Assembly (NCBI RefSeq): GCF_947568905.1
Contig: NC_079171.1
Location: 4,650,001-4,714,000 of the forward strand
Length of the DNA stretch: 64,000 bases
Direction of reading: 5' to 3'
Source of the DNA: Ostrea edulis
Lineage: Eukaryota
Under the pieces are notes generated by a model, which did no database searches, had not been told where the DNA came from, and saw only the letters and a program-made list of their open reading frames with translations. This document shows, one piece after another, positions 59,024 to 64,000 of this stretch (the stretch's first letter is position 1; each line of letters begins with the position of its first letter). The position numbers were made by a program, and so were the translations under genes.

Positions 59024-62000
59024 TTACTTTAACAAGAGAATGAGTTCAGATATGGGACGCACTAGATTTGTTGGTTTCCCATCCTTGACCATGCGAACTT
59101 CCACCGCACGAACATTACCGTCATCCTTGGAAGGAAAGACACGAAGGATTAAGGCCAAGGGCCACTGGTTTCTACAAGTTGTGGAATCGCGTACTAGGAC
59201 TACATCCCCTGGTTTCAAATTTTCTCGCTGCTGGTTCCATTTTCTTCGAGCTTGGAGACCACTCAGATATTCTCCCTTCCATCGTTTCCAGAACATGTTG
59301 GATAACATACATACACGTTTCCATCCAGTTGTGTACAAGTTCTTTATATCATCATCCAAATCAGGTATAGGGTCAAACCCAGTCTTTTGAGTTAGCAGCA
59401 TGGCTGGACTAATGATGACTGGATTGTCAGGATCCGTTGATATTGGAGTCACAGGTCGAGAGTTGATTATGGCTGACACTTCGTACATGAACGTGTGAAG
59501 GACTTCATGGGTAAGTTGACCCTTGTGTTGAAGCAGCATTGCGTCAAGGATCTTGCGGGCCATACCTATCATTCTTTCCCAAGAACCCCCCATATGTGAA
59601 GCATGAGGAGGGTTAAACTTTCAGATTGTTCCCGATTTATGGAGAAAATCCTGTACTTGTCCTTGCTCTACATATACACCATCTACTCTCAGAGCATCCA
59701 AAGCTCCAACAAAGTTCGTTCCGCGATCTGAACAGAACTCCTTCACTGACCCTCGTATACATACAAAACGCCGTAAGGCATTAATAAGGGCAGAGCTGCT
59801 CATCTCGTCTATGAGTTCAATATGCAGTGCTCGTATGGCCATGCAGGTGAACAAGATTGCCCATCTTTTTCTATGTGCAAGGCCACCTCTTGTCTTGCGG
59901 GCTACAACTTCCCATGGTCCAAATGTATCAACACCTACAATGGAAAATGGTGGTCCAGTGGAGGTGCGTTCAAAAGGTAAGTTGCCCATTATCTGTTCTT
60001 GAATCTTACCACATAGTCGTTTGCATGTAACACAGTGGTTGATAACTGAGGAAACCAGTCGTTTGGCTCCTGTAATCCAGTAGCCATTACTCCTGATGGT
60101 CGCTTCTGTAAACAATTTTCCCTGATGTTTGACCTCTTCATGGTAATGTGAGACCAGAAGCCTTGACAAATAAGACTTCTTTGGAAGCAGAACTGGATTT
60201 TTCAGCTCCACTGGTAGGTCACTCTGATTGAGGCGTCCACCCACTCGCAACAACCCAGAATCATCTAGATATGGATTCAGATGTATAAGTGGACTTTCTT
60301 TGGGCAGTGTTCTATGTTTTGTAGACACTGTATTTCTGGCGAGTATGCATCTCTCTGAACCATTTTTATGATAAACTCTCTAGTTTGCTCCCATATTTTT
60401 CTTAAGGAAGGTACGAACTTCTTGAAGGCCCTTCCTGCTCTCTTTAACACAGTGATGGCACTTATCAACCTTTGCCAGCTGGAGAATTTTTCAAACTTAG
60501 ATAACATCTGTCTTGATAATTCCTCTGTGGAAGTTTTGGTAGTTTTGATGCATGGTCTTACTTCACAATCACTATCTGGATCAAACAGCTGGAAACTACC
60601 TGGCCTTGCACATTGATGATCATCATCATTTTCGCTAAGAGGGGGTCCCTGAATCCAAATACCTTCTATCAATTCCTTAACGCTGGGGACGCCCCTAGTC
60701 CCAACATCAGCGGGGTTCCGAAATGTTGAGATGTACCTCCACTGTTCAGGATGTGAGCGCCCATGAATGATCGCTACTCGGTTGCTCACATATGTATAGA
60801 AGCGTCTGGTGTTGTTGTTTAAGTACCCTAAAACAACTTTACTGTCTGTGAAATACTTAACATTTTCCATTGGAATATCTAAGTTCTGTCCAATGATGTC
60901 TCCTATCTCAGTAGCCAGGACTGCGGCACATAACTCCAGGCGCGGAATCGTGTGTCCAAGTAAAGGTGCAAGCTTTGTTTTGCCTAAGATGAAGCCGTAT
61001 TTTCCAGTTTCAGAGTCCTTAACAAAGGCAACTGCTGCTATTGCCTTCTCAGAGGCATCTGAATAGATATGTATCTCAGGTTTATCAACCTTGCTAAGGG
61101 AACCAGGCATGAACATTCGTGGGACACTAAAACGACTAAGGCTGTGCAGAGATTGTCTCCAGTTTTCCCAATCATGTCGGTAAGTATCGGGTAAGTCATC
61201 GTCCCATGCAGCATCTGTACTGCAATTGCTCCTGGCCAATATTCTCCCTGTGATTACTAAGGGTGCTATAAAACCCATTGGGTCAAATAAGCTGTTCAAG
61301 GTAGACAGGAGTCCTCTCTGGGTGAATGGTTTGTCTTCTAATTGGTTGTTGAAGGTAAAGGTGTCTGATCCCATGACAAACCAAGGCTCTGCTGTGTTGG
61401 TAAAGCATCTGATCCAATGCTGACTTGAGTCAAGCTTTTCTCCAAGTCCTGAGTGGGAAATGCATTCATAACTGCTACACTGTTAGATGCGATCTTGTGT
61501 AATCTAATGTTCCCTTGCTCCTTCAATACTTGCTGAGTTTCCTTCACCAGCTCGATAGCTTCATCTATGGTTGGAACAGAAACCAGTCCATCATCGACAT
61601 AGAAGTTCCTTTCAACGAAATCCCTAACATCTCTGTCACCGTTTTCTACTGCCTTACGTAATCCATACGTAGCTACAGCTGGTGATGGAGTATTGCCGAA
61701 CACATGCACTCGCATGCGGTAGTCTATCAGCTCATCCTCTGGGTTGTTGTTGCGATACCATAAGAATCGGAGGAAATCCCGGTGCTCTTCCTTTACATAA
61801 AATGAATAGAACATTTGTTCTATGTCAGCTATCACTGCAATCTGATCTCTACGGAAACGAAGCAAGACTCCGAGCAGACTATTTGTTAAGTTAGGACCGG
61901 TCAACAAGACACTGTTAAGCGATATTCCCTGGTACACCACTGACGAGTCAAAAACACCTCGAATCTTATCGGGCTTCTTAGGATGGTATACCCCGAAGAG

Positions 62001-62112
62001 TGGCAGGTACCAGCATTCCTTGCCTTCTGAAATTGGTGGTGCGACTTCTGCTGCTCCTTTATCTATAACACCCTTCATAAAGGTAACCATATGGTCTCGC
62101 TTAGTTGGATTT
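59024..62112 (-). mobile_element. pol: BEL/Pao pol (RT, RNase H, integrase), frameshifted and 5'-truncated
   Basis: HVFGNTPSP, FYVDD, FDPMG, YSDASE, IPRLELCAA, HEEVKH...CVTC, GVDTFGP, SDRGTNF, GGSWER, RNQWPLA. Confidence 0.95.
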
Positions 62113-62745
62113 TACGGATACAGATAATGCATTTATCTTTAATCAAAGGCTTCCTTTCAGAGGAATAACAAGTTCAGTTTGCATTTCAGCTGGATTGGTC
62201 CATCGTTGACCTACTTTTTGAGAAAATAGGTCAAACTGTTTTCCCAGGCTTTTTTTTCATTATGGATACATATATTGCACTGATATATAGTCAAAGGCCT
62301 CCTCTAAGAGGAATACAACTTCAGTTTGCATTTCAACAGGATTGGTTCATCCTGACCTACTTTTGGACTAAAAATAGGTAAGTTTTTTGAGGGATTTTTT
62401 CATAACAGATACAGATAATGCCCCGATATTTAGTCAAAGGCTTCCTCTTGGAGGAAAACAAGTGCAGTTAACATTTCAGCTGGATTGTACCCTAGGGGTA
62501 AGAGTAGGTCCAACAGTTTTGCAGATTGTTTTGGTATGTTCTCAGATATTGCTCTGAAATTTAATCACAGCCCCCCTTTCAGAGAAATACATAATCAGTT
62601 CACATTTCAACTTAATTGGTGCACCATGACCTACTTTAGGGCTAAAAGTAGATCAAATGGTTTCCTGGACTTTTTATCATCATAAATAGATATTGCACCA
62701 ACATTTTGTCACAACCTCACTCTCAGTGAAAATTTAATGCACTGA
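62112..62745 (+). repeat. About 147-bp satellite array (same family as 11190-12120)
   Basis: CAAGTTCAGTTTGCATTTCAGCTGGATTGGTCCATC units. Confidence 0.9.
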
Positions 62746-64000
62746 AGGAAATACCTAGTAAATGACACTAGTCAGGCTAGTAGGTCGGTAAATTTGCCTA
62801 GTAATCAATCTCATTACTGAGATAGAAAGTAGGTTTACTGTCCGAAGTCTATCGGGGGCATCAAATTACGCTCGGTCAGCAGCAGTTCCCGCCATCCAGA
62901 ATATACCGCCTTCAAAGACAAAGAACTGATAAGAATTTGACCAGTTGCGTGACTTTCACCCACGGATGCAGACGTGTTGTTTTTGGTGAGTATTATTAGA
63001 ATTAGTTAATGAATCTGAGTTGTTTTTTTTTTTTTTTTTTTTTTTTTTTTCCACATATATCAGTCTTTAATTTCAAAATACATTACTATTTCGGGGTAAA
63101 GTCTCCGCAGAGACCCCCTTATAATCTTTACCTAGGGTGCCAGGGGCCCCTTGGATTAGATGTATATAGGCATACATATACATATATATAAATTTATCAT
63201 ATAAATTTCTACATATAGAAAACACAAACATATATGCATACATACAAACACACACACATATAATATACTGTTATATAACAAAATTTATTAACATGTTATG
63301 GCAAAAAAGGTTCTTATTTTAACGGAAAAACCAACAACACAACAATATAATTATGTACATAAAGAACCTGAAACTGCCATATGCGGGGTTACCAATTCAA
63401 AAGTTCATATCACAACCCCCATGGCAGCACTATAGGAGGACAGGACCCCTCCTCATAGTGGGAACTTTTTGCAAAATACCAGTATATAAAAGGTTTATTA
63501 CAAAATTTTATTTGATATAGAAATATAGTTGTTTGTAATCAATTCAAATTGTTCAAAATAAACTCACATTGTAACATAGTTAAAAATGTGCATAGACAGA
63601 TATTTGTCAGGTTTCATATTATAAAAAGTCATACCTGCAAAGGTGTATAAATTACAATTTGTCTTTAATTGCTTTCATAACTTTAGCATATTTTTTATCC
63701 TGAATTTTTGTGTACACTTCTGTATAAAAATTCAATTTACTTTTTATGTGGTTACATATTTCTTGAGGTTTTTCGTCTTTGTTATCTAATCTACAATACA
63801 TTTTATACTTGTATATTTTACAGGCAATAAGAGATATTATGCTATTCAAAAAGAATGTCTTTTCATTGTTTTCATAGTAAAATCCTATCACAATTGTTTT
63901 CCACGATATATCAAATTTTAAAATTTGTTTAACAATGTCCCATATATGAGAAACATTTTTACATTTTAAGATAAGATGTTCATTGTTTTCTTTAGCATCT

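Noticed and set aside
9474-62112. gag (+) and pol (-) as halves of one BEL element split by a 50-kb inversion
   Set aside because: The LTR-like sequences upstream of gag (8860-9427) and downstream of pol (58279-58754) do not match, and the protease region is absent from both.

Overview
AT-rich animal genomic DNA. The repeat landscape and a C1q-domain pseudogene suggest a bivalve, probably an oyster (inference). The centre (about 18.9-55.5 kb) is a nest of Polinton/Maverick (adintovirus-like) endogenous DNA viruses from two families. Family B (34895-55512) is near complete, with AGTAGT...ACTACT terminal inverted repeats (TIRs), integrase, penton, core protein, major capsid, adenain protease, packaging ATPase and an intron-containing pPolB, and carries five small lesions. 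It sits in the 3' end of the pPolB gene of a family-A copy. Family A is present as an internally deleted copy (19551-30483) and two fragments. The most interesting content is cargo the ORF track hides or leaves unnamed: (1) an intronless GTSF1/Asterix-like piRNA cofactor (two CHHC fingers plus acidic Trp tail) at 30744-31128 beside a Polinton right end; (2) a GADD34/ICP34.5/DP71L-type PP1-eIF2alpha phosphatase adaptor; (3) a CARD-2xPC4 fusion; (4) a membrane-anchored PC4 domain; (5) several multi-exon genes. Together these look like a viral toolkit against host defences, which is inference. The flanks hold two unrelated BEL/Pao fragments, Helentron-like elements, SINEs, hammerhead-bearing Penelope-like repeats, a 147-bp satellite and decayed host immune-type genes. 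All calls come from manual reading and translation; no searches were run.
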